Of a DNA stretch of 64,000 nucleotides, positions 45,296-57,075 are shown one piece after another. The DNA lies in NCBI RefSeq assembly GCF_009914755.1, contig NC_060945.1, one strand, 5' to 3'. The notes under the pieces were generated by a model, which saw only the letters and a program-made list of their open reading frames with translations, made no database searches and was not told where the DNA came from. Source of the DNA: the human T2T-CHM13v2.0 reference genome, Homo sapiens. The position numbers and the translations under genes were made by a program. Position 1 is the stretch's first letter. Each line of letters starts with the position of its first letter.

Positions 45296-46759
45296 ATTAT
45301 CTTAGCCGGATTTTCATAAACACGGTACATGTTGATCAACAAACTTCCTAAATGTTTCACGTTCACTCCAAAGAGGGAGGGGGAAAAATAAAGAAGAGGA
45401 AGAAAATGATTACTTATCATCCACAGTAGTCAAGGAAGCTGCAGAAGCATCAAGCAAAAGCAGCAGAAGTTAGCTTTGTACTCCTACAAACACTGCTCTG
45501 AAGTACTCCGCCTAGTGGGCCACATCAGAAACTGCATTTCTAAAATCTTTAAAAAGACAGAAAAGGAATCACCACTTACCCTGGGAACCCTAACAGAGGA
45601 GTAGACCACATAGGAATATGTCCCATTGGTTTGAGGTCGATAAGTCAATTTTCAAAGCTTTAGTAATTCCAGAAACAAGAACATATTTATTTTACTTTGA
45701 TCACACAATGCCTAGTTATATTAAAAGTAAGGAGACATTCAATAAATACCTTTTATGGAAATAAAAACAGACAATTTAGGAGAAAATTAACTATCAATGC
45801 ATTATTTTCAAAGGTAAAGAAAAAAGAAATTATTCTGAACACACAAAACTATTTTATCAAATATCATGGTAAATTATCATTATATACTAAGTCACTTAAT
45901 AAATTTCCAGAGATAATTGGAAACAGTTTCCAGAATAGATTTTGTTTCATCCCAGGAAGAAGTTTCACAAAAAGTTAGTTACTTATCTCCATTGTTACTA
46001 GTACCAAACTAATCCTATGATTCTGAGTCAAATTACAAATAACGTCCACACTTTTCTCCAGTGAGATCAGAGGAGATGCCTAAGTCGAGTGTGTTTTAAT
46101 GTGAGGGCATAATTGGTTTATATTTTTCACTGAAAATAACAAATTCTAGACAACTTAAGCAAAACAGGAATTCAATGAAAGGATATTGAATAGTTCACAA
46201 AATCATTGAAGATGCTGGAGAAGCAAGGTAAGAACTGAGGGAAACTCAGCACAGCCAAGTTCATTCGACGAAAGCAGATCTTGGGATGCCACCACTAGGA
46301 TGTTGTCATTTGTCACTTGTCACCATGTAGCTGGGCTCTGCTGAACCTAGGCATTTGCTGCCACATTCCTGGTCCTGCATCTCTGCTCAATTTCTCAGAA
46401 TCATCTCTGATTCTTTCAGGTCTTTTGCATCATTTCATCGGGCTCCAAGTTCTAATAAAGAGCCATCAGTTGGCTGGGCCTAGATATGTGCCCACACGTG
46501 AGTGGCCAAGAAACTGGAAAAAGGATCATGCACTCCCTTTCAGCTTTTGTAATGGAAGGTGGGGCCTGTCCTCATATTTTGCTTGGGGTTCAAAAAACTA
46601 GGAAGGGTGTTTTGTTGAAATGAAACCCAAAATTATAGCTATCCATTTATAGCACCTTATTTGTACAGGAAGAAACCATGAGACAAAACGTATAAAAGTG
46701 CATGGGAGGTCTAAACATATGAGGGGGTTTTTGAGGAGAGAAAGATCATACTTGATTGG

Positions 46760-47145
46760 TGCTGTGGTTTCACTGTGACTCCTCCGAGATTCAGCGTTGA
46801 CAATGTGAGAGTGTTGAGGTGGAGCCTGCAGGAAGTGATGAGGCCATCAGGAATCCTACCTCAGGAATGGGTTTAGGAGCCCTCATGAAAGAGCTCCATG
46901 GAGGGAGTTCATCCCTCTTGCTCTCCCGCCTTCCACATGTGAGGAAACAGTGTTCCTTGTCTCTGGAAGATGCAGCATCAAGACACCATCTTGAACGGAG
47001 AGAACAGCCCTTACCAGACATCAGACCTGCCAACGCCTTGATCTTGGACTTCTTAGTCTCCAGAATTGTGACAGATAAACGTCTGGTTTTCATAAATTGC
47101 CTAGTCTGTGTTATTTTGTTATAAGAGCATAAATTGACTAAGACA
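46760..47145 (+). mobile_element. MSTB/MSTC-type solo LTR
   Basis: GAAGATGCAGCATCAAGACACCATCTTGAA...GATCTTGGACTTC...GACTAAGACA. Confidence 0.8.
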
Positions 47146-47464
47146 ATTGGAGATTAGAAAAAGTTTTTTGAAGTGGCATTTGAGAAGGGCTTGATAGATA
47201 AGATCTCTACAAATAGAAATAGAGAGATGGTTTCAAATCACCCAGGTGAAAGGAATAACATAGCCATGTTCAGTCTGAATGCAAAATGGAGATGGTAAAA
47301 AGTACATAGGATTCCACCACCAGTGGGAGGACAGAATTGTAATGTGGCAGCAATCTGTAAATATAATATTTATCACTCATTCACATTTATTTAGAGTCTA
47401 ATGTGTTCTAGGCTCTGAAATTAAGCAAAGAAAATCTAGATATGCATAAGTCCAAGACTGCCTT

Positions 47465-47945
47465 TGTGACAGTCAAAATAATTACCCCATGAATATGTTC
47501 TAGTCCCTGGAATCTGTGACCATATTACTTTACATGAGGCAAAAGGGACTTTGGAGATGTGATTAACCCTTGTGTTAGGGGGATTATCCTTGATTATCTT
47601 GGGGGCCAATCTAATTGCATGTGTCTATAAAATAAGAGAATCTTTCCTAGCTACAGTCAGAAGGTGATATGACTACAGAACAATGGTCACAGACATCCCA
47701 CATTACTGGCTTTGAAGATGGAGGGATTGTCCCATGATCCAAGGAATAGGGACAGCATCTAAAAGTTGGAAAAGGAAATGGATTCTCTCTAGAGCCTCCA
47801 GAAAGCAATACAGCCCTGACAACACCTTCACTTAAGTCCAGTAAGACCACGGTCAGAGGTTTGCCCTACAGAACTATAGGGTCATAAGTCTTTGATTTAA
47901 GCCACAAAATTGTGGTAATTTGTTATGGCAGCAATAGAAAATTAA
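47465..47945 (+). mobile_element. MLT1D/E-type solo LTR
   Basis: GGCAAAAGGGACTTTGGAGATGTGATTAA...GGCTTTGAAGATGGAGG...GTGGTAATTTGTTATGGCAGCAATAGAAA. Confidence 0.78.
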
Positions 47946-48057
47946 TTTTAAGAACTTTATTATTTGGAAGATAGGCAGACCAGAAAATCCAAATTATAAT
48001 ATAATTCGATTAAAACCTATGGGGATTTGCACTAGGTGTTTTAGAAAATAATTGAGT

Positions 48058-49407
48058 ATTAACAAGACTAACAGAAGAAATGTTCTAAAATTTATACACT
48101 AAGTACATCACATTTTTCTAATGATCACGTAGATAGAGCAACTTAGAATCCATGGTTTTAACAAACCAACAGGCTTATATACATAAATATAAAAATATTA
48201 TGTATATATATATAATATATAATATATGGAATAGCCCCCTGGGCACGGGCAGCCCTGGGTCAAAGGGCGGCACTGTACTAGCAGCCCACACCCCACCTCA
48301 CCCGCCTACCCTGAGCTGACTTGTCTGCTAAATGCTAAATAAACCTGTCAACCTGTCTGGTTTAACTAAGAAGGGCCTCGATGCAACAAGCCTGAGGGCT
48401 GTGACTGGAGGAAGAGAGAGCACAGACGGAGCTCCTCCTCCTTCTGCCACTGCCCACCAACTGAAAACCACCAACTGAAGTTTGCTTAGATTCTCAGCCT
48501 ACACCTTGCTCCCAACAAAACTCATGCAATACTTGGGCCCCCACTACAATCTCTGGAACAAAATATTCTACGGATCTGCTTTTTGAGCTGCAACTTATCT
48601 TACTAAATTCCAAGAAGCTTAAGTAAGAGAAAACCACCAGATAATACAAGATTTTCAATGTGATCATCATTGCTACTTTTAACTAGAAATTATCCAGTAA
48701 ATGTATTGTGAACTGCTTTGTGACTATGCTGATTTATTTAGTCTTTCTGATCATTGGTTTGATTATCTCCAATATATGAGTGTCACCAATTTTATAAAGT
48801 TGCTCTAAAAATTAAATGAAAGAAAAATAATCCTCCTTCTCCATATATTGAACACTTACAAAATTATAGGCATTGTGTCCAGGTTTTTACATACTTACCT
48901 GAGAGAAGTCTCCTGACAAACCTGTCTTTTCAATTACAAGCATTTTGCCATGATTTTTACACATGTACGTTATAGAAGCCTCATAACAATCACATCTTTT
49001 ATAGATCAGCAAACTGAGCCTCAGACGAGTTAAAAACACATTCACCATCAAATCATAATGAGGGATGGAACTGGGATTCAAATCCGGTTCTCTCTGATGC
49101 CAAAAATGGTGCAATTTAACGAGGACCAAGTTACACCCAGAACATGGAGGGATCAAAACATGTGGATTCCCTTTTCTGGCCTCTCATGTGGGAATTTCAA
49201 TAGCTTTCACTGCCTCAGAGCAATCCTAAACTCCCTCCCAGGTTGCCTTGCAATGGCCCCCTTATTCGTGGGGATGATTAGGAATCTGCATTTTTGGACC
49301 ACAAGCATCTATAAAGAGTTGTGTTGATCAAGAAATAAAATTTACTAGGTCATAGGTTACTGTGAATTGTCTAGCTTGTCTGTAAAAAAAAAAAGGGGCT
49401 ATTCCAT
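48058..49407 (+). repeat. Local direct duplication, copy A (includes an extra ~440-bp insert at ~48179-48610)
   Basis: Colinear with 51061-51960, e.g. TTCTAAAATTTATACACTAAGTAC, GGAGGGATCAAAACATGTGGATTCCC, CATCTATAAAGAGTTGTGTTGATCAAGAAATAAAAT; both copies include a MIR. Confidence 0.9.
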
Positions 49408-49530
49408 GTAAAAAAATCACAGAATCCACTGAATCTGTGCAGAAAGACATAGAACTATACAGCAGGAGCATCTTACAGACAGCTGCACCTGAAGACCAGC
49501 CGAAACACACAAAGCAAGAGCACCTCCAAT

Positions 49531-49660
49531 GACCAAGTGTGGTGGCTCTTGCCTGTCATCCCAGCAGTGTGGGAGGCCAAGGTGGGTGAATCACTTGAGG
49601 CCAGGGGCCTGAGACCAGCTTGGGCAACACAGTGAGACCTTATCCCTACAAAAAAAATCA
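49531..49660 (+). mobile_element. FLAM or AluJ left monomer
   Basis: GTGGTGGCTCTTGCCTGTCATCCCAGCAG...CACTTGAGGCCAGG...GTGAGACC. Confidence 0.8.
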
Positions 49661-50122
49661 TTTTTTATTATTAGAATCAAGAAGAGTACCTCTAAACCCT
49701 TGCTGTTGCTTTAGGGTAGAGAGCTCTGGTCTAGAACTCAAGTTATGAAACTGTGAGTCCCAGTGTAGCTACTTAAGTTTAAATACAAGAGCTGTCAGAC
49801 ATTTCCACTACAGCAACGAAATCTGTAGCATCCATTTTGTACTTTGAAAACTTAGTTTTTGGCCAGCCTCTAGGAAGAAGAAGAGGGTCCAGAACTGGGC
49901 ATATGGGTAGGGATGGCAAAAGAAACCGGCTGGATGCAACAGGGAAAGACGAACGGATGGAGACCCCAGGAAGAGCCAGTCCTCAGGCTTGGGGCCTGGG
50001 TCTAGGAAAGGAACTAGGTGAAGAAGGGAGGAGCCCCAGTCTGTGGATGTCTCTGGGGGAACCTTGGTTCAGCAACGGCCAGAGAAGCTCCTGAGGCCAA
50101 GCGGTATCTGTCGCCTCCCTAC

Positions 50123-50640
50123 CTTTGGGCGTCTTCTGGTCGCCAATGTGCTGCAGGTCATGGCTCCGGAATCAAATTGGGCTCAAATTGCTTGAGCTCC
50201 AACGCAGTGGAGCCTGGCCCTACTCCCACCTACACCTCGTGGATCTCAGAGCTGCAGGATGGCTCTGCCCACCACACCCTAAAATGGCCTCGCTTGGGGC
50301 TGGTATTGGGGGACAGCATGTTCTGGGAGTCTCTGCTGCTTTCTGCTGGTGCCTGTGCCTGTGCTGGCCGCCCACTCATAGATATCAAAGCCACAGGACG
50401 GCCCCGCAGAACCCCTCCGCTGGCCCTGCAGGGGGCTGGCTTTCGTGCACATGCGACTGGTCATCGTGGTCCCCCTGGGGCACCTCTGCTCTTCTCGAGG
50501 CAGCTTGGGCCTTCGCTTGCCCTCACGTCTGCAGAGCTGAGCACCTGCCCCCTCTCCCCAGGAAAGACAACCAAATGCCACCAACTTAAAGCACACACTG
50601 AAGGCCACCAACTGAAGGCCGGTTGCCCTGACAACCTGAT
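50123..50640 (-). other. Candidate GC-rich first exon of an unidentified gene or pseudogene
   Basis: GC-rich unique sequence immediately downstream of the motif cluster; ends at a donor-like CAAAG|GTAGGG (intron start 50122); no recognisable protein. Confidence 0.35.
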
Positions 50641-50760
50641 GTGTCCTGCTTAGGAAGAACCAATCAGGCCTTGAGTTCCTTCCACGCGCTGCCCTTCCAT
50701 TTGTGACGTGGGAGTCCAGGCACTGGCTCACAAAGCCGCACCCCCAGTGACCCCGCCCCA
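50575..50760 (-). promoter_or_regulatory. Candidate promoter with GC box, CRE-like site, CCAAT box, RFX X-box and MYB-type site
   Basis: CCCCGCCCC 50751-50759; GTGACGTG 50703-50710; CCAAT 50660-50664; GTTGCCCTGACAAC 50622-50635; CAACTG 50609-50614; sharp change to AT-rich DNA beyond 50760. Confidence 0.55.
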
Positions 50761-51060
50761 CCTTTCATTTATTGCTAACTGGTAGCAACTTTCAGGTTTC
50801 CTCACTGTGAATTATGAATATGAATTATGATGAATTTACTGTATCCTAATGTACCTCATGCACTATCTGACAGCCAAAGTCCCCTCTTCCCCCATGACCT
50901 CTGAGTTTTTTGGAAACTAGAAAGAAGATACATTTCTGCAGGTGCTTTCAGAAAAAAACGTTGCCACGATCTAAGGTTACTCTGTGATGTCAAGTCATAT
51001 TTCATATGTCATACATATTCATATTTATATTCATAATTCAAAATGCACATATTCAATCAA

Positions 51061-51960
51061 ATTAACAGGATTGAAAAGGACATTTTCTAAAATTTATACA
51101 CTAAGTACCTTATATTTTTCTAATGATCACTTTGATAGAGCAAACTTAGAATCTATGGTTTCAACAAATGAAGAGGCTTATGCAAGAGAAAACCACCACC
51201 CAACACAAGATTTTCAATGTGACCATCATTGTTACTTTTCACTAGCAATTATCCAGTTAATATACTGTGAACTGCTTTGTGACTATGGTGATTTATTTAA
51301 ACCTACTGATCCTTTGATTATCACAAAAATATGAATAATACCAATTTTATAAACTTGCTCTAAAAATTAAATGAGAGAAAAATAATCCTCCTTCTCTATA
51401 TATTGAAAACCTACAAAATTAGTAACATTGTGTCCAGATTTTTACACACTTACTTTATTGAAGCCTCATCACAACCCCGTGTTTTAAATTACAGGATTAC
51501 TCCCAGATTTTTAAACCCTTACCTTATGCAAGTCTCATAACAATCCCATCATTTGTAGATGAGCAAACTGAGGTTCAGACGAGTTAAAAACATATTCACC
51601 ATCAAATCATAATGAGTGAAGGAACTGGGATTCAAATCCAGTTCTCTCTGACACTAAAGGTGGTGAAATGTAATGAAGACCAAGTTATATCCAGCACATG
51701 GAGGGATCAAAACATGTGGATTCCCTTTCTCTACCCTCTTACATGTTAATCTCAATGGCTTTCACTGCCTCAGAACAATCCTAAACTCCCTCCCAGGTTG
51801 CCTTGCAGAGGATCCCTTCTTTTGGGGACGATTAGGAATCTGCATTTTTGGACCACAGGCATCTATAAAGAGTTGTGTTGATCAAGAAATAAAATTGTCT
51901 AGGCCATAAGTTACTGTGAATTGTCTAGCTTCTCTGCAAAAAAATAAATGGGCTATTCTC
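51061..51960 (+). repeat. Local direct duplication, copy B
   Basis: Diverged paralogue of 48058-48178 joined to 48611-49407. Confidence 0.9.
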
Positions 51961-52224
51961 TATATTTTTTGTTATTCCATTATTGACAATAGCCTAGAAT
52001 CAACCTAAGTGTCCAAGAAGACTTGGTTTAACCCTAAGGATTACTAATGTTTTCACTGTGGTCATTGTGGTAGATTATATTACCATTCTCCCATTATCTG
52101 GTCTTCCTGCTGTAGTGGCCCTATCTCCTAGAAGATTATACATTTCTGTCCTATTGAAGGAAGGGTCAGATTTAGACATGTGACCTGTTTGGCCAGTGAA
52201 ATGCAGGTAGAAGTGGCATGTGTA

Positions 52225-52592
52225 TCTTTTAAGCCGAAAATTTCCTTTTTCAAGGATCTGGGAGCCATCTCTTTCAAACGTAATCCTCCAGAAAGATAAT
52301 ACCATATTTCCCAGTCTCCATGAGAGAGTAAGAGCCTAATCTTGCTCCAAGTTGTAAAAATTACCTTATATCATAAAGATAAAAGAAAGTTTATCTTTCC
52401 TTTGAAAAAAGACAGTTAGCAAAGACAGGTGGCCTATGATCACCCTCTTACCCTCACTTTCAAAAACTCCATGGCCCTTTGTATCAGGGGAGCTGAGTTC
52501 AGACTAGGTCTGGACTCTCTCCAGTATTCCAATAGCTTGAATAATATCTTCCTTACTTATTTAACTTTTTCCAGTGCAATTTTTTCTTTGAC
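52225..52592 (+). mobile_element. ERV1-type LTR remnant (MER31-like; family uncertain)
   Basis: AAGGATCTGGGAGCCATCTCTTTCAAACGTAA...AATAGCTTGAATAATATCTTCCTTAC...TTTCTTTGAC. Confidence 0.45.
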
Positions 52593-55500
52593 TCTTTCCT
52601 CCCTCTCTAAAACTTACATTGAAATTTTAGTAGGATTCAAGGCAGCCAATCTCGAAGCTTGAATATATAAAAGAACCCTTTAAGATTAAAAAACCCATAT
52701 TATCTTCCATAAGTTATTTCTTCAGACTATTGCCTTATTAAAATTTTCTAGTTCTTATTTTTGCATTAAAAGGAGAATGATGATTTTTAAATAAGTTCCT
52801 ACTCACTTTTAATTTCTACTATGACAGTTTTATTACTTTTCATGGCAATAGATTCCTCTGGTTCAACAAGAAGGGCAGAACAAGGAAGTACAGAAACATC
52901 TCAATATATCTCAAAAAGTTATTTAACATGGACAGTGTCATTTAATATCTTTAACATCCCTATCAAATGGATGCCATTATTATCCCCCTTTTACAGGATA
53001 TTAAAACTTACATACTGTAAATAACCAGCTGAAAGTCATATAGCATGGAAAATACAATAAGCATACAAAGAAGCAATGGCATTTGAAGTGGAGGAGGGTG
53101 AAGGATTAAAAGGCTAAACTTAGTTTGGTTAAGAAAAAAGAAAACTAGAAGGTGGCAAACTCTTGTTGGAAAGGGGAAGGATTTGGGCACAGCAAGGTAG
53201 TGGAGTAGATCTCTCCAGTAATCATACCCCTATGGACACATCTATATGAACAACTATCCACATATGAAATTAACTTCACAAGAGCTAATGAACCCTGAAT
53301 ACATGAGTGAGTCAATGAAGCCCCGTTGGACTGCAAAGAGGAGTAAAACCATGCTTGGACAGTAAGGGAAACAGTACTCTGTGACTGTGATACTCCTCCC
53401 CCAGGCCATAATGGTATTATATGCAGAAAGTCCTCCTGAACTCACTGTTCTTACACTGAATAAAGTGAGCAGAAGTTGAATATTTTTTCCACCATACTGA
53501 GTGCCTTCACAGTAGACTCACTCCTGCATCAGCCCACAAGCAGAATCATGAGTGTCAACAGAGCTGAACCACCAGAGGCATGCTAGGGACATACAGAAGG
53601 GATTGCGTTAGCAATACTTACTATATGAAACTTAGCAGTGGCTAGCCATTCCTACCAGAGGAAATATTATACCAGACAGGTTGTTTATGGGCACCACGCT
53701 GTGGGAAACATGATACACAGACTGTCCAGATTTGATGGCCTGACTTGTTCTCCCCCAACAGACAGCAGCCTTTCTGTGGATCACCCATGGGCCCATCCAG
53801 TTACATTGCATCAGTGGTGAAGCTCCATTGCAAGACTTATGTCTAACCTTTGTTTTGGACACCTCCTAATGTTAAAATGGAATATAATGGAAATCCAGAC
53901 AGAATTTCTAAAGAAGCCCACTGAGAAACAGTCAAAAACAAACCCAGACTGAGAAGATTGAAATAAATATTTAATTCATCAATGTGTAGACAGAGATGCA
54001 CATCTAAAAAAATAAGAATAGCCTAGGAAAAACTGCCTCACCAAATGGAGAAAACAAGGTGTCAGCAACTGAACCTAAAGACATGCAAATGAATGATGTG
54101 GCAGACAAAAAAATTCAAATAGCTGTTTTTTTTAAGAAAAAAAAAAATCTCTGAACTTCAACAAAGTACAGAGAAACAACATGGAAATTTATGAGAAATT
54201 CAACAAAGAATTTAAAATAATGGGAAAAAATCAAAAGGAAATCCTGGAGGTAGAAAGTTCAGTAAACAAACTGAAAAATGCACTAGAGGGCATCCAGAGC
54301 AGAACTGATCAAGTAGAAGGAAAAAAACAGTGAGCTCAAAGACAGGCTCTTTGAAAATACACTGTCAGAGTAGAAAAGAGAAAAAAATGAGAAGAAACAA
54401 AGAAAACTTATGAGATCCATGGGACACCATAAAAAAAAACAAATCTACAGTGTTAAAGTGGAACTAAGAATGAAAAAGAGTTAGAAGCTTATTCAGAGAA
54501 ATAACAGACAACTTTTTAAACTTGGAGAAGGATTAAGATGTTTAGGATGGCCAAAGCTCACTAATCTGATTTAATCTGAATAAGACAACCACAAGACACT
54601 TATAATTAAACTTTCAAACGTCAAAAACAAACAGTAGGTCCTGAAAGCATTAAGAAAAAGGAAGCGTATAACACATAAGAGAATTCCAATGTGCCTGGCA
54701 GCAGACTTCTCAGCAGAAACAATATGGGCCAGGAGAGAGTAGGATAATAGAATCAACTGCTGAAGAAAAAAACTGTCAACCGTGAATACAGTATCCAGCA
54801 CAGCTCTCATTTAGAAATGAAGGAGAGGTTAAAACATTCTAAGACAAACAAAAGATGAAGGAATTCATTGTAACCATACCTGCCTTAAAAGAAATGTTAA
54901 AGAACAGTCTTCAAACTAAAGAAAAGGTCACTAATATGTAATACAAAAAATTGGAAGGTATAAAACTGCAGGTAAAAATAAATATTCAGACAAATTCAGG
55001 ATGCTCTAATATAGTAATAATTGAATGTAATCCACTTACATGTTTTTAGTAAGAAGGTTAAAATACAAAACAAAAACAATAAAAACTACAATAATTTGTT
55101 AAGGGATAAGTGATATAAAAGATGTAAATTAAGACATCAAAAATGCAAAATGTGGGGGAGTGACTGAGTTAAAGAGCAGAGTGTTTGCTTTTCCCCATTT
55201 CTTATTATCAAAATTAAGTTGTTATCCATTCAAAATTACCTATTGAAACTAAAAAATATTCTTCACATGTCTCATAGTAACCAAAAGGTAAACACTTTTA
55301 TTAGATACACTAAAAATAAAAGAACAAGAAACAAAAACACACAGAGAAAATCACTTAACTACAAAGGAAGACAACAAAGGGACAAAAAGGTACAAAAATT
55401 CTAAAAGATAACAAGAAAACAGTATATGGCAGTACAAGTCCTTATCTATCAATAATTACCTTGAATGGAAATAGATTAAACTATCCAGTAAGAAGACAGA

Positions 55501-56794
55501 GAATGGGTAAATGGATTAAAAACAAGACCTAACTATATTCTTTCTACAAGAGACTCCCAACACCTGTAAATACACACACAAATTGAAAGTGACCAGATGA
55601 AAAAATATATTTTATGATAATGGAAACCAAAGAATGCAGAAGTAGTTATATTTATATCAAATAAAATAGACTTCAAGTAAAAAAAAACAGTAAACACAGA
55701 CAAACAAGGCCATTATGTAATAATAAAGGGGTCAGTACAACAAGAGAATACAATAATTGTAATTATATAATGCACTCAACATTGGAGAACCTAAATATAT
55801 AAAGCAAACATTAATAGATCTAAAAGGAGAGACAAAAAGCTGTACAATAATAGTAAGAAACCTCGACATCCGATTTTCAGCAATGAACAGATCATTGAGA
55901 GAGAATCTCAACAAAGAAACATTTAAACTGCACTCTAGATCAAAAGAATTTAACAGCTATTTACATAACATTTCATCCAACAATTGCATAATTCACTGTC
56001 TTTTCACCTGCATATGGAATATTGTGCATGATAGATATGTTAGACCACAAAACAAGTCTTAGCTAATCAAAAAATCAAATCATATCATGTGTTTTTTTAA
56101 CCATATGGAATAAAGCTAGAAATAAACAACAGGAGGAACTTCAGAAATTGTGCAAATACATACAAATTAAACAACATATCCTTAAACAACCAATGGGTCA
56201 ATGAAAAAAATTTAATTTTAAAAATATCTGAAGACAAATAAAAATGAAATCAGAACATATGAAAACTTATGAAATACAGCAAAACAGTCCTTAGAAGGAA
56301 GTTTATAGCAATACATTTCTACATCAATAAAGAAGAAAGATAATAAATAAACCATCTAACAATGTATTTCAAGGAACTATAAAATCAAGAACAAACTAAG
56401 ACCCAAATTAGCAAAAGGATATAAATATCAGAGCACAAATATACAAAATGAAGACAAAAATACAAATGACTAATTAAATGCAGGAATCTTTTTTGAAAAC
56501 GTAAAATTGACAAATGTTTTGTCAGACTAAGAAAAAAAGAGAAAATTCACATATAATCAGAGATGAAAAAGGATATACTATGATAGACTCTAGATAAATA
56601 TAAGGAATCATGAGTAAGTACTACAAACAATTATACGCCAATAAATCGAAAAACTTAGAAGAAATACATATGCTCTGGACACATATAACCTATCAAAATT
56701 GAAGAAAGAAGAAATAGAAAATGTGAACACACCAATGACAAATAATGAGATTGAAGGAGCGATTTAGGCTCTCAGTCAAGGAAAATCCAAAAGA

Positions 56795-57075
56795 CTTCAC
56801 ACAGTAGCTCACACCTGTAATCTCACAGTTTAGGAGCCCAAGGCAGGAGAATCACTAGAGGCCAGGAGTTCAAGATTAGCCTGGGCAACACAATGAGACT
56901 CCATCTCTAAAAATAAAAATAAAAATTATCCAGGTATAGTGGTGTGTATTTGTACTCAGGAGGCTGAGGCAGGAGGATCACTTAAGACCAGGTGTTTGAG
57001 GCTGCAGTCAGCTATGACTGCACCACTGTATGCCAGCCTCAGTGATAGAGTGAGACCCTGTCTCTAAAAAAATAG
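56795..57075 (+). mobile_element. AluJ inside the L1MA
   Basis: GAGGCCAGGAGTTCAAGA...TTTGAGGCTGCAGTCAGCTATGA...GAGACCCTGTCTC. Confidence 0.85.

Noticed and set aside
50018-50761. 211-, 154- and 160-aa ORFs as CDS, or a named family such as TSPY, FRG2 or CCDC144
   Set aside because: Overlapping ORFs on both strands are expected in GC-rich DNA, and none convincingly matches a protein I recall.
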